DNA of 36,102 nt from Octopus bimaculoides. Taxonomy: Eukaryota. The notes beneath the pieces were generated by a model. It made no database searches. It was not told where the DNA came from and saw nothing but the letters and a program-made list of their open reading frames with translations. The DNA lies in the NCBI RefSeq assembly GCF_001194135.2, contig NC_069001.1, positions 30,698,920-30,735,021 on the forward strand, read 5' to 3'. Positions 21,570-32,765 of this stretch are shown here, piece after piece. Both the position numbers and the translations under genes were made by a program. How positions within the stretch are numbered: the stretch's first letter is position 1; each line of letters begins with the position of its first letter.

Positions 21570-21700
21570 GCTGATTCTCTCCCCATTACATTCTGTAGAA
21601 GAGTGCCGGCTCGAAACGTCAAAAGCTTTTCCATTTACCTGAGCGTCAAACTAATAGAGCTTTTGAGGTAGTCCTTGTTTTGCATCTGTCTTTTGTACAT
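21570..21700 (+). mobile_element. Penelope-type 3' tail B with a minimal hammerhead-like motif at 21590-21625
   Basis: TT-CTGTAGA-A-GAGT-GCCG-GCTC-GAAAC-GT-C-AAAAG...CCTGAGCGTCAAACTAATA. Homologous to 8090-8240 (-). Confidence 0.6.
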
Positions 21701-21774
21701 TTTCATACGCATTATACACACACACAAACACATCTATAGAGAGAAAGAGAGAGAAACATAGAGTAAAGACCCCC

Positions 21775-21930
21775 ATGGGATTGTACCTAGTTCCCCGGTG
21801 AGGCACAAGGTTGTTTATGGAAGACCAGCAGTTTCCCATGTAAACCAGCCTCTCCTCTCCACCCAACTCCAAGGGAAGGCCAAAAGCCGATTCAGCTTGG
21901 CACTTGTGACGTTGCAATACATTTCTACAG
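21775..21930 (-). mobile_element. 3' fragment of a fourth SINE-like family (D)
   Basis: GC-rich block GGAAGACCAGCAG...CCTCTCCTCTCCAC...CAGCTTGGCAC..GTGACGTTGCAA..CATTTCTACAGC, recognised from memory as an octopus SINE body. There is no second copy in the window. Confidence 0.45.
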
Positions 21931-22323
21931 CCGAGCTGGGATTTTGGATTTGACCGAATTATATGGTGTGGATGATCGGAGCGGCGGTGGAAGTAAATGT
22001 GGGATGACGTGGGCTTGCAAAATAACTATTCTGTCACTATTCTGCCGCACAAATTCAACGCTAGCTTGAACGGATTTGTACTGACATAGGCGATTACAGG
22101 AAACGTGCAAATGCTTTTGTACAGCATATATTTCCTCAGTCGCCTATTGTAGCTTTTAGACAGAATGAAAATATAAGAGAACTTTTCTACTTTTGACTCC
22201 AAGAAAAAAAAAACATTGTTGTTTCTGCACGCTGTACCTTGAAAAAAAAGCCGAAAAGGAGGTAAGCCCTGTTCATTGTGCAATAACATTAATCAAATGA
22301 ATTCCATCAGGAATCATAACAGA

Positions 22324-22530
22324 AATGTTATGATTTACACGGGAGGTAGGCTGTGTAGAAATTCCAATTTGATTTCTGTTGGTTGTACAACAGAACAATT
22401 AAACAAAAGATTCAATGGCACAGATATAACGTCAGGCGCAATAACAGTAGTTCGACAGAACTTGCCGAGCATTTTGCATCAAATGGCTGCAATATTTTTA
22501 AAAAAATTGAAAATACATATTCACTGATAA
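22324..22530 (+). mobile_element. GIY-YIG endonuclease remnant (second PLE family), frameshifted
   Basis: NVMIY...LCRNSNLISVGCTTEQLNKRFNG, then a frameshift to HRYNVRRNNSSSTELAEHFASNGC. This matches NVIY...YVG.T...L..R...H...(L/V)A.HF. Confidence 0.7.
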
Positions 22531-23068
22531 TATTCATATTCTACTACATGTTCAGTACTTTAAATGCATGCGGACAAATATGCTTGCGAGTAATTATCAT
22601 CACGTTCTGGAGGAATTAATTAAATGACAGTAGAATTTCATTATATTTACACAAAACCGCTTGATTAAATATTTTTCTTTCCTAGCTTTTTTTCTTTTTG
22701 TTTTCGTTTTTTCTCGATTTTTTTTCTGTTTCTTTTGCCAGTTGTAAACTTCAAAAATTGAAGAGTGATGATTTCATTCCATCAACGTCGGTACATCGGT
22801 TACCCTCATTCATATTTTGGATTTGAATTTCTATAATTTTGAATTTTTATTTGTCGCTTTTCATTTTAAACTCGACAAAGACAGAATAGTTGTCGAAATA
22901 TCGTTCAACCAATAAAATTTCTATTGCAATAGCATCGCGTTCTGCATATTGTCAATTTACCTTTGTAGAGATGTACGTCAATTCATAATAATAATAATAA
23001 TAATAATAGTAATAATAAGAAGAAGAAAGAAAGTATCAACCACATATACTTAAATTACAAGCGTAGTG

Positions 23069-23225
23069 TATTTGCCGGTAGGCTGCGATATGGTGTGGGG
23101 GAGAATATTCTCTCAAAACACGGGTGTTAAAACAAAACACCTGAAAGTCATAGACACTCCGGATAACTTTCAATTGTTTTAACACCAGGTGCTGCAGAGA
23201 GTATTCTTCAGCCTAGCGGCAAATA
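23069..23225. mobile_element. 157-bp hairpin/MITE
   Basis: TATTTGCCGGTAGGCTG vs CAGCCTAGCGGCAAATA (16/17), with inner arms GAATATTCTCTC..CACGGGTGTTAAAACAA vs TTGTTTTAACACCAGGTG..GAGAGTATTC. Confidence 0.75.
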
Positions 23226-23311
23226 TATGTATGGTGGGACTCGCGTGTATGTAGTTGAAAATCTTTATTATACTAAGGATACGTCTTTTCATATTTGAAT
23301 AATAATAATAA

Positions 23312-23531
23312 TTTCTACTATCGGGACAAGGTCTCAAAAAAATTGTGAGAAGGGGACTGGTCGATTACATCGACCCCACTACTCAACTGGGACTTAGTTT
23401 ATCGACACCGAAACTATGAAGAGCAAAGTCGATCTCAGCGTAATTTGAACTCAGAACATTTTTTTAAGACGGACGAAATACGGTTAATTGTTTTGCCCGG
23501 TGCGCTAAAGATTCTGCCAGCTCCCCGCCTT
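23312..23531 (-). mobile_element. SINE family B (MetaSINE-like), full length
   Basis: The - strand starts GGCGGGGAGCTGGCAGAATCTTTAGCGCACCGGGC, has B-box GTTCTGAGTTCAAATT, the core and an (ATT)n tail. Confidence 0.85.
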
Positions 23532-23562
<31 letters not shown>

Positions 23563-23589
23563 GCAACAAAGATAATAATTTTTTTTTTT

Positions 23590-23798
23590 TTCTACACTAA
23601 GCACAAACTCGAAATTTTGGGGAAGGGGACCAGTCGATTAGATCGACCCCAGTACGTAACTGGTACTTAATTTATCGATCCCGAAACGATGAAAGCAAAG
23701 TCGACTTCGGCGGAATTTGAACTGAGAACGTATAGACAGACGAAATAACCATAGGCATTTCGCCCAGCGTGCTAAAAATTCTGCCAGCTCGCCGCCTT
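23590..23798 (-). mobile_element. SINE family B (MetaSINE-like), full length, tandem to the previous copy
   Basis: GGCGGCGAGCTGGCAGAATTTTTAGCACGCTGGGCG...GGGATCGATAAATTAAGTACCAGTTACGTACTGGGGTCGATC. Confidence 0.9.
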
Positions 23799-23835
<37 letters not shown>

Positions 23836-24829
23836 GTAACAATGATAATATATTAAGCTTTTCTTTTGTGGTGCGTCATGACTTTTCGCTCAATTTAAAT
23901 ACTCTAAATTTAATTATGTGTATAAAAAATTGTTGTAATAAAGTTATATTATAAATTGAAAACACGTACACTACTTTTAGAGATGTCAATGACCGTTCAC
24001 AACACAAAATTACTACAGAGGGGAGTTGAACTTTCTGCTTTTTGTGCTTTAATTTGAAATCGTGTAAAGATTACTGGCAACCTGCCTAACACACCTGGTC
24101 CATGTTGAATACAGAACAGATTGTTGTTATAATGTCTGCAATAGTAGAATCATAGAATAGATAAATTCAATTTTAGATAGGATTACAGAGATAAAACAAA
24201 TTCGCCGTCGTCACTGTAGTCGTTGTTGTCATCGTCATTTTTATTTTTCAAGTTGACAACTGTAAACAAATAACCCCTCATAACATTTTTTTATTCTTTT
24301 AGAATTTTCGAAATTTTTTGGGAATTTGTATTCTATACACGGGAATTCACAGGATTATACAAAAAGAAAAGATTGGTAGGTGATTCAAGGCTTATTTAGC
24401 TGTTAATTTTAGCAGTATGTGGTAAGCAGTTTGATAACATCTTGGCTTGTTAATATGGAAACAGGCATATATGTCCGTGGCTTTCCATTGGCTAAAATTA
24501 CCCAAACTTTGCGAACTTTATCATCTATTTACGCTTTACTTATTAATTCATGACGAAAATGAATTTCATGTCAATGGATACTTTACAAAACTACACAAAT
24601 ACACCAAAAATGAAATCAACATGAACAAAAATTGAAGAAATTGAAAAGTGGTAGCCAAACAGAAAAGTACTATAATTTCAACACGTATATATGTGTACGT
24701 GTGTGTGCTGGTGCGTGTGTATGTGTGTGTATGTTTGCGTGTGTATGGGGGAGAGTCATACGCACGTGTTACACATAGATAGGCACTCGCAGAAATGTCT
24801 CTCTATCTATACACATAAACATACACACA

Positions 24830-24865
<36 letters not shown>

Positions 24866-25710
24866 TCTTTTCCAATGTTGAACGGATAAACGTCGACTCG
24901 AATATTAGAATAACACATATCGTAATATAATACCTGCCATGTCTAACGAAATGTCTGAATCTAGTTAGAATCTAGTTTATAGTTCAACTTATGTACGTGC
25001 AGATTAGACATAGTGACGGGGAGATATTATCGACAAGGTGTATTTTTTAAATACAGATTCTATTTCATTGCCGACTACCAGCTCAATGACGTTCCTACGA
25101 ATGATTGTGTTACGCCACTTAACTTCATTGTAGAGATTAAACAAGTTTTTCTACTAAGCCACAGCTAGGCTGACATGATCTGTAATCAACCGGTTACTGT
25201 ATTTTCGTTATTGCTGTATGATGTGATTAATACCTTAAGAAAGGTTCTCTTTAAAAAAAAATGGTCGTTTCATTCATTGGTTCGATGTATTATTGATAGC
25301 AATTGCAATATAAGGAAACGGATAATGATTGAAAAATCTTTGAAACCTGTCCATGGAATCAATTAAAAAACGGAACACGCACACACTCACACATATTGAC
25401 AAAAACACAGGTACTTTGAAACACACACACGTACACCAACGTACAGACACTCACTAACTCATACACGCGTACATGTAAAGTAATTGACGAAACGAAACAA
25501 AATTACGAAACGAAAAACAAATTGCTTTTAATTCCTAGGTTGTTGGATATGGGAGAGGCACGCAGTGAACAAGGGAATTGTTTCTGAAAGATTGTGTCAC
25601 GTAATTCTTGATGACTTCACACGATAATCATATATTGTTTAAGAGGAAAGGAATCCGTTCGGGAAAATTTAGAAAACCTGTAAAATCAGTGAATGTGATC
25701 TTTAAGACAA

Positions 25711-26179
25711 NNNNNNNNNNNNNNNNNNNNNNNNNNNNNNNNNNNNNNNNNNNNNNNNNNNNNNNNNNNNNNNNNNNNNNNNNNNNNNNNNNNNNNNNNN
25801 NNNNNNNNNNNNNNNNNNNNNNNNNNNNNNNNNNNNNNNNNNNNNNNNNNNNNNNNNNNNNNNNNNNNNNNNNNNNNNNNNNNNNNNNNNNNNNNNNNNN
25901 NNNNNNNNNNNNNNNNNNNNNNNNNNNNNNNNNNNNNNNNNNNNNNNNNNNNNNNNNNNNNNNNNNNNNNNNNNNNNNNNNNNNNNNNNNNNNNNNNNNN
26001 NNNNNNNNNNNNNNNNNNNNNNNNNNNNNNNNNNNNNNNNNNNNNNNNNNNNNNNNNNNNNNNNNNNNNNNNNNNNNNNNNNNNNNNNNNNNNNNNNNNN
26101 NNNNNNNNNNNNNNNNNNNNNNNNNNNNNNNNNNNNNNNNNNNNNNNNNNNNNNNNNNNNNNNNNNNNNNNNNNNNNNN
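25711..26179. other. Assembly gap (N run)
   Basis: N characters. Confidence 1.
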
Positions 26180-26188
26180 ATATATATA

Positions 26189-26221
<33 letters not shown>

Positions 26222-26636
26222 ATTACGAACTCGCAGTAACCTATGTGTGTGTTTCTGTCTGTCTGTGTAAGTATGTATGTGTGTGGGAAAATATAATGAT
26301 TGTATGGTAATTATAAATTGCCTATAATATTTTAGCCTTTGCCATATAATCGAGAAAAATTCTGAAAACTTAAAAGTAATTCACCTACATCAACACATAG
26401 ATGAAAGAGTCAAAACCGTGATTTACGCGAGCGAATAAATTGGTTCCTGTAAGTTTGAAAGCGAGGCTATGTATTACATGTTGTACCATATAAATATATA
26501 TTGACTTGTATTTTGTATATATTATATCCACTTACACGTGTTCATTCACGCATCTGTACGCACACACATATGTATAAGCGTATATTATGTGTGTGTGGTA
26601 GTGTATATCCGTATAAAAGTACGAAGATATGTACAC

Positions 26637-26677
<41 letters not shown>

Positions 26678-26732
26678 TATATATATATATGAATATATAT
26701 TCATATATATATATATGAATATATATATATAT

Positions 26733-27727
26733 NNNNNNNNNNNNNNNNNNNNNNNNNNNNNNNNNNNNNNNNNNNNNNNNNNNNNNNNNNNNNNNNNNNN
26801 NNNNNNNNNNNNNNNNNNNNNNNNNNNNNNNNNNNNNNNNNNNNNNNNNNNNNNNNNNNNNNNNNNNNNNNNNNNNNNNNNNNNNNNNNNNNNNNNNNNN
26901 NNNNNNNNNNNNNNNNNNNNNNNNNNNNNNNNNNNNNNNNNNNNNNNNNNNNNNNNNNNNNNNNNNNNNNNNNNNNNNNNNNNNNNNNNNNNNNNNNNNN
27001 NNNNNNNNNNNNNNNNNNNNNNNNNNNNNNNNNNNNNNNNNNNNNNNNNNNNNNNNNNNNNNNNNNNNNNNNNNNNNNNNNNNNNNNNNNNNNNNNNNNN
27101 NNNNNNNNNNNNNNNNNNNNNNNNNNNNNNNNNNNNNNNNNNNNNNNNNNNNNNNNNNNNNNNNNNNNNNNNNNNNNNNNNNNNNNNNNNNNNNNNNNNN
27201 NNNNNNNNNNNNNNNNNNNNNNNNNNNNNNNNNNNNNNNNNNNNNNNNNNNNNNNNNNNNNNNNNNNNNNNNNNNNNNNNNNNNNNNNNNNNNNNNNNNN
27301 NNNNNNNNNNNNNNNNNNNNNNNNNNNNNNNNNNNNNNNNNNNNNNNNNNNNNNNNNNNNNNNNNNNNNNNNNNNNNNNNNNNNNNNNNNNNNNNNNNNN
27401 NNNNNNNNNNNNNNNNNNNNNNNNNNNNNNNNNNNNNNNNNNNNNNNNNNNNNNNNNNNNNNNNNNNNNNNNNNNNNNNNNNNNNNNNNNNNNNNNNNNN
27501 NNNNNNNNNNNNNNNNNNNNNNNNNNNNNNNNNNNNNNNNNNNNNNNNNNNNNNNNNNNNNNNNNNNNNNNNNNNNNNNNNNNNNNNNNNNNNNNNNNNN
27601 NNNNNNNNNNNNNNNNNNNNNNNNNNNNNNNNNNNNNNNNNNNNNNNNNNNNNNNNNNNNNNNNNNNNNNNNNNNNNNNNNNNNNNNNNNNNNNNNNNNN
27701 NNNNNNNNNNNNNNNNNNNNNNNNNNN
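26733..27727. other. Assembly gap (N run)
   Basis: N characters. Confidence 1.
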
Positions 27728-27742
27728 ATATATATATATATA

Positions 27743-27882
27743 AACAACGGGCTTCTTTCAGAGTTTGCCCACCAAATCCACTCACAATGCTTTGGTAGGC
27801 CCATTTCACTGAGAAATTTCCCTAAGGTAACTGAACATGGAACCACGTAGTAGGGGAGTAAGCATCTTTCGACACAGCCACG
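27743..27882 (-). mobile_element. SINE family C, internally deleted and diverged
   Basis: ACGGGCTTCTTTCAG...CCAAATCCACTCACAATGCTTTGGT...ACTGAACATGGAACCAC...ACACAGCCACGC. Confidence 0.75.
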
Positions 27883-28441
27883 CTTGTGTCTTTTGTATAC
27901 GTATGTGTTTATATATAAATGTATATATATTTATACTTACATACAAATATGAGTGTATATATGCACATGTGTGTGCGTGTGTGCGTTAGTGCGCGCGCGT
28001 GTGTGTTTTATCAATCAAGGAATCAAGCGCTGATTATATATATAAAATATATACTCGTATTTGGATGCTAAAAATGAATTGACTGATCAAGAATTTTACC
28101 AAATAGTTTTTGGTTTCTCTTAGATAGGTTGACTTATGTAACTATATGCTAAATTAGTTTTGTAAAATTTGCATAAACGCTCCAAGACATTTTCAAGTGA
28201 ACACTAACAACAATTATTATCGTTACAATCTAATAGAATTGTAAATATTTTTAAAACACCGTTATTATGCCTGTTTAGAATATATGCAAATTGAGAAGAA
28301 ATGTTTCCAGAAGGGAATTTTAGTCGCGAATTAGATGCCATTCTAATATAAGTCTCTTTATTTTGTGTTTTTGTTTTTACTTCTCTAAATATATTTGTTC
28401 TCTGTAATTATATTCCACTTATGCAAAAAGTCTTACACAAG

Positions 28442-28476
<35 letters not shown>

Positions 28477-28822
28477 TTGTGTGTGTATGTATATATGTGT
28501 GTGTATGTATATATGTGTGTGTGTATGTGTATATATGTATATTTTTGTATATACATTTATGTATATGCATATATATATACATATATATATATACACACAC
28601 GCACACACGTACAATTAAACAAGGAAGTGCAAACATAGTCATACATATAAACAAATTATATAACATGCGTGGTATACATCCCCTCTATTCCCCACCAGCA
28701 TTTGTATGTGCTTGTGTGTGTGTGTATGTATGTGTATGTGCCGGTTGTCCCTCTCGCGCGCGCATGTGTCTATGTATCGAAGTTGAATCGCGACACAATA
28801 TGCAACATTTGAACGGGTAGTT

Positions 28823-28863
<41 letters not shown>

Positions 28864-29023
28864 GTGTGTGTGTGTGGCGAGATTTAATAAATCATTATTC
28901 AAGGCTGGCTCTTGTTTAATTTAAATGTCGTTCGTGCTGTTAATGTAGGTATGATTTGAATTATTTACTATAAAATTATATTCAGTCAAACATAAATTAA
29001 TGATATTCAAAGACCTTTCAGAG

Positions 29024-29061
<38 letters not shown>

Positions 29062-29389
29062 GCCTTCGTTTCACTTCTAGTTTTGCCTCAAATTCGTGTT
29101 AATTACAAGCATTCATACTTCCGTACGTAGCTATTATTTTTTCTTTCCCTTGAAGTGTTCGCTATATCCCTCTTATGTCACTTTACTATCTTTATAATTT
29201 TCTCAAATAATTGTTATGCCCTCACCATATATTATCCAATTGTTTCGTTTTATTCTCTCAAAGGTATGCAAGATATGCGCTGCATGCCCTGTGATTTTTT
29301 TTATCCATATCATCGGAAAATTAGATAAAATAGTTACTTTGAAAGAAAATCCGTCCAGGTGTTTTCGAAATATTCTGCCTCCCCTTCCC

Positions 29390-29444
29390 CTCTCCCGGTG
29401 ACTCAAACGTCTGCTTTGAGAAGACGCACGTGACAGACACTCCC

Positions 29445-29514
<70 letters not shown>

Positions 29515-29673
29515 TGTCTCTCTCTCTACTCTATTTCTCTCTTTCTCTCTCTCTCTCTCTCTTTGTTCGTGGAGAATTGTTGCTAACCTCGTTCCACTTT
29601 TTGACCCGAACAGGAACAGTCCCATAATTCCTGAGTTAGCCACCTGATATGGAGGAATAACCTGGCGGTAAGT
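29390..29673 (+). promoter_or_regulatory. Candidate promoter and non-coding first exon with donor GCG|GTAAGT
   Basis: TGACTCA (AP-1-like) at 29399, CACGTGAC (E-box) at 29427, (CT)n tract at about 29445-29562, mini-uORF ATG GAG GAA TAA at 29649, consensus donor at 29668. All three + frames of 29575-29667 contain stops. Confidence 0.4.
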
Positions 29674-29887
29674 TTGAATTTTCTTTATCCAAAACATCTG
29701 TTTGTGCTATCATATTTTTGGAATGTTCTGAAAACAAAAATATATGTATTATATTTCTTATTTCAGAAGTAGCTAATTAATCTTAAATTAATTTAAATAA
29801 CGCTATTTTTCCGTTTTGTTGAAATTGACTTAAAATTTACGCAGACGCTTATACGTGTGTTCTTATATAAGAGCAGCCTTTTTCGAA

Positions 29888-31040
29888 ATGTGTCTTATAA
29901 ACGATATTTTGAGAAATAGTTTTTCGATGGAAAACAATTAATTATAAACGGTGGTAGACCAACACCGAATTTACCTAATTTGCGAAAGTACAAGAAATTC
30001 ACGAGACAAGTTCAGGTTAATTTGTATGAAAAGAAAAAACTGGCAAACTGGAAGTGCTGCACTTAATAAATTATTCTGTTGGCCCTGTTTACTTTTTTTG
30101 CTTAGAAAAGAATGTTTGGAATGATAAAGGCTATGATGATTTAAATAATTTACATATGGCTATGCTAAAACACGAGCGTTCTCAAAGGCATATAAAATCT
30201 TTGATAAATCTTGGGAATGTTCGCATAGACTTACAATTAGATGCATGTAAAAATCAAAGCATACAACATCATAATGAGAAAGAAGAAACCGATCCATTCT
30301 GCAACGATTGATTGATCTTGTTAGTTTTTTAGGGCTCTAAAAATTATCGTTTCGGGGTCATTTTGAATGTGAAGGCTCTAATAATGGTGGGAATTATAAA
30401 GAGCTCGTATATTTAATCAGTAAATACGACAAAAAAATGGAAAGTCATCTAAATGCAACTTCTGTCTTCACCAGTCTGTCAAACAGAATTCAAAATGACT
30501 TGATCGATGCAATTCATAAAGTTATGTTGAATGAAATCTAAAAGGAAATTGAGCAAGCTAAGTTTGTTTCTATTCTTGCTGATGAGATATCTGATGTCTC
30601 AGCACATTCACAACTGTCAACAGTTTTACGTTATGTTACAGAAGACTGTGTGACGAAAGAACGATTTATCGGTTTTAGTGATGTTAGTGCAGATCGATCT
30701 GCAAATGTTTTATCTGAACATGTTTTTTAATGCATTGAGACGTGGGAATGTGGAAAATAATTGATTGCACAGACATATGATGGTGCCGCTACAATGGCAG
30801 GACAATTAAATAGGTTACAGGTACAAGTAAGAAATAAATATGAATGTGCGATCTGTATTCATTGTTGTGTGCATATCCTAAATTTAGTTCTATCCCATCC
30901 TCCGTTGTATTTGCGCTTGCACATCATAGATTCATGTATTTCTACGACATGCCGAAGTCCACCAATTTTGTAGGGGTTATGCAAAAGATAATTACTTGTA
31001 ATGTCTCTCATGTACTGATACCACTGAACAACAGCAGATT
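29888..31040 (+). mobile_element. Decayed hAT-superfamily transposase (ZMYM1/DUF4371-like)
   Basis: MCLINDILRNSFS, GRPTP, LFCWPCLLF, KHERSQRH, FRGH.E..S.N.GNYKEL, SNRIQNDLI, ILADEISD, KERFIGF, QTYDGAATMAG, IHCCVHILNLVL (CxxH). It has frameshifts and in-frame stops, and the C-terminal catalytic E and dimerisation domain are absent. Confidence 0.9.
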
Positions 31041-31089
31041 TTGAAACACCGACTTTTTAATGGACTCTTTACCAAAAACAGGTAGTGTA

Positions 31090-31217
31090 TAATTTATTTA
31101 ATTTGTTTAAAAAAAATTATTCACGTTGTGTAAAAAAAATTTACTTTGTTTAAAAAAAAATTATTTACCTTGTTTAAAAAAAATTATTTACGTTGTGTAA
31201 AAAAGAAAGATTTACTT
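31090..31217. repeat. A-tract minisatellite (about 22-24 bp, TTGTTTAAAAAAAATTATTTAC) running into the gap
   Basis: About 5 degenerate units are visible. Confidence 0.7.
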
Positions 31218-32214
31218 NNNNNNNNNNNNNNNNNNNNNNNNNNNNNNNNNNNNNNNNNNNNNNNNNNNNNNNNNNNNNNNNNNNNNNNNNNNNNNNNNNN
31301 NNNNNNNNNNNNNNNNNNNNNNNNNNNNNNNNNNNNNNNNNNNNNNNNNNNNNNNNNNNNNNNNNNNNNNNNNNNNNNNNNNNNNNNNNNNNNNNNNNNN
31401 NNNNNNNNNNNNNNNNNNNNNNNNNNNNNNNNNNNNNNNNNNNNNNNNNNNNNNNNNNNNNNNNNNNNNNNNNNNNNNNNNNNNNNNNNNNNNNNNNNNN
31501 NNNNNNNNNNNNNNNNNNNNNNNNNNNNNNNNNNNNNNNNNNNNNNNNNNNNNNNNNNNNNNNNNNNNNNNNNNNNNNNNNNNNNNNNNNNNNNNNNNNN
31601 NNNNNNNNNNNNNNNNNNNNNNNNNNNNNNNNNNNNNNNNNNNNNNNNNNNNNNNNNNNNNNNNNNNNNNNNNNNNNNNNNNNNNNNNNNNNNNNNNNNN
31701 NNNNNNNNNNNNNNNNNNNNNNNNNNNNNNNNNNNNNNNNNNNNNNNNNNNNNNNNNNNNNNNNNNNNNNNNNNNNNNNNNNNNNNNNNNNNNNNNNNNN
31801 NNNNNNNNNNNNNNNNNNNNNNNNNNNNNNNNNNNNNNNNNNNNNNNNNNNNNNNNNNNNNNNNNNNNNNNNNNNNNNNNNNNNNNNNNNNNNNNNNNNN
31901 NNNNNNNNNNNNNNNNNNNNNNNNNNNNNNNNNNNNNNNNNNNNNNNNNNNNNNNNNNNNNNNNNNNNNNNNNNNNNNNNNNNNNNNNNNNNNNNNNNNN
32001 NNNNNNNNNNNNNNNNNNNNNNNNNNNNNNNNNNNNNNNNNNNNNNNNNNNNNNNNNNNNNNNNNNNNNNNNNNNNNNNNNNNNNNNNNNNNNNNNNNNN
32101 NNNNNNNNNNNNNNNNNNNNNNNNNNNNNNNNNNNNNNNNNNNNNNNNNNNNNNNNNNNNNNNNNNNNNNNNNNNNNNNNNNNNNNNNNNNNNNNNNNNN
32201 NNNNNNNNNNNNNN
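31218..32214. other. Assembly gap (N run)
   Basis: N characters. Confidence 1.
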
Positions 32215-32250
<36 letters not shown>

Positions 32251-32370
32251 CGTGTGTGTGTGTGTGTGTGTATGTATATATGTGTATGTATATATGTGTG
32301 TGTGTATGTATGTATATACATATGTGTGTGTGTACATGTATATATATGTGTGTGTGTGTGTGTGTGTATG

Positions 32371-32401
<31 letters not shown>

Positions 32402-32416
32402 CTGTCTGTCTGTCTG

Positions 32417-32617
32417 TGGGGGTTGCCGATTTTCGTCGTCTTCCGGAATGCTTCTCGTGGACATTCTGAACAGTTGCATCAGCTTCAAATTTATCTCTAA
32501 TTCAAGTGATGGTAAGTCCCTCCTAAACTGTCTTTGCACTTCAACTGCGTTTTCAGACTTCCAGTCGCATTTTAGAATGAATTTCCTTTGTTCAAAGCTT
32601 AGTCTGGCTGCCATCAT
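32417..32617 (-). mobile_element. Tc1/mariner-type transposase N-terminal HTH fragment (DUF4817-like)
   Basis: MAARLSFEQRKFILKCDWKSENAVEVQRQFRRD, then a frameshift to IRDKFEADATVQNVHEKHSGRRRKS (the GRPR-like motif). It is truncated at a microsatellite. Confidence 0.8.
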
Positions 32618-32659
32618 TAATTCCAATGGGTTTAATCTGGTTTAATATGGCTTCCTTCG

Positions 32660-32765
32660 TCGTTTCCTGGTCAATCAAATGAGTACCAGTTGAAAAATAA
32701 ACTCAATGTCATCAGCTTATTACCTCCTGAGAAACTACTGACCTTGTACCAAAATTTGAAACCAA
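32660..32765 (+). mobile_element. Degenerate SINE family B 3' fragment
   Basis: AAATGAGTACCAGTTG...GACCTTGTACCAAAATTTGAAACCA. Confidence 0.5.

Noticed and set aside
14329-32645. Very long ORFs (120-499 aa) in the ORF track
   Set aside because: They run through N gaps and (TA)/(TG) microsatellites, so they are artefacts.
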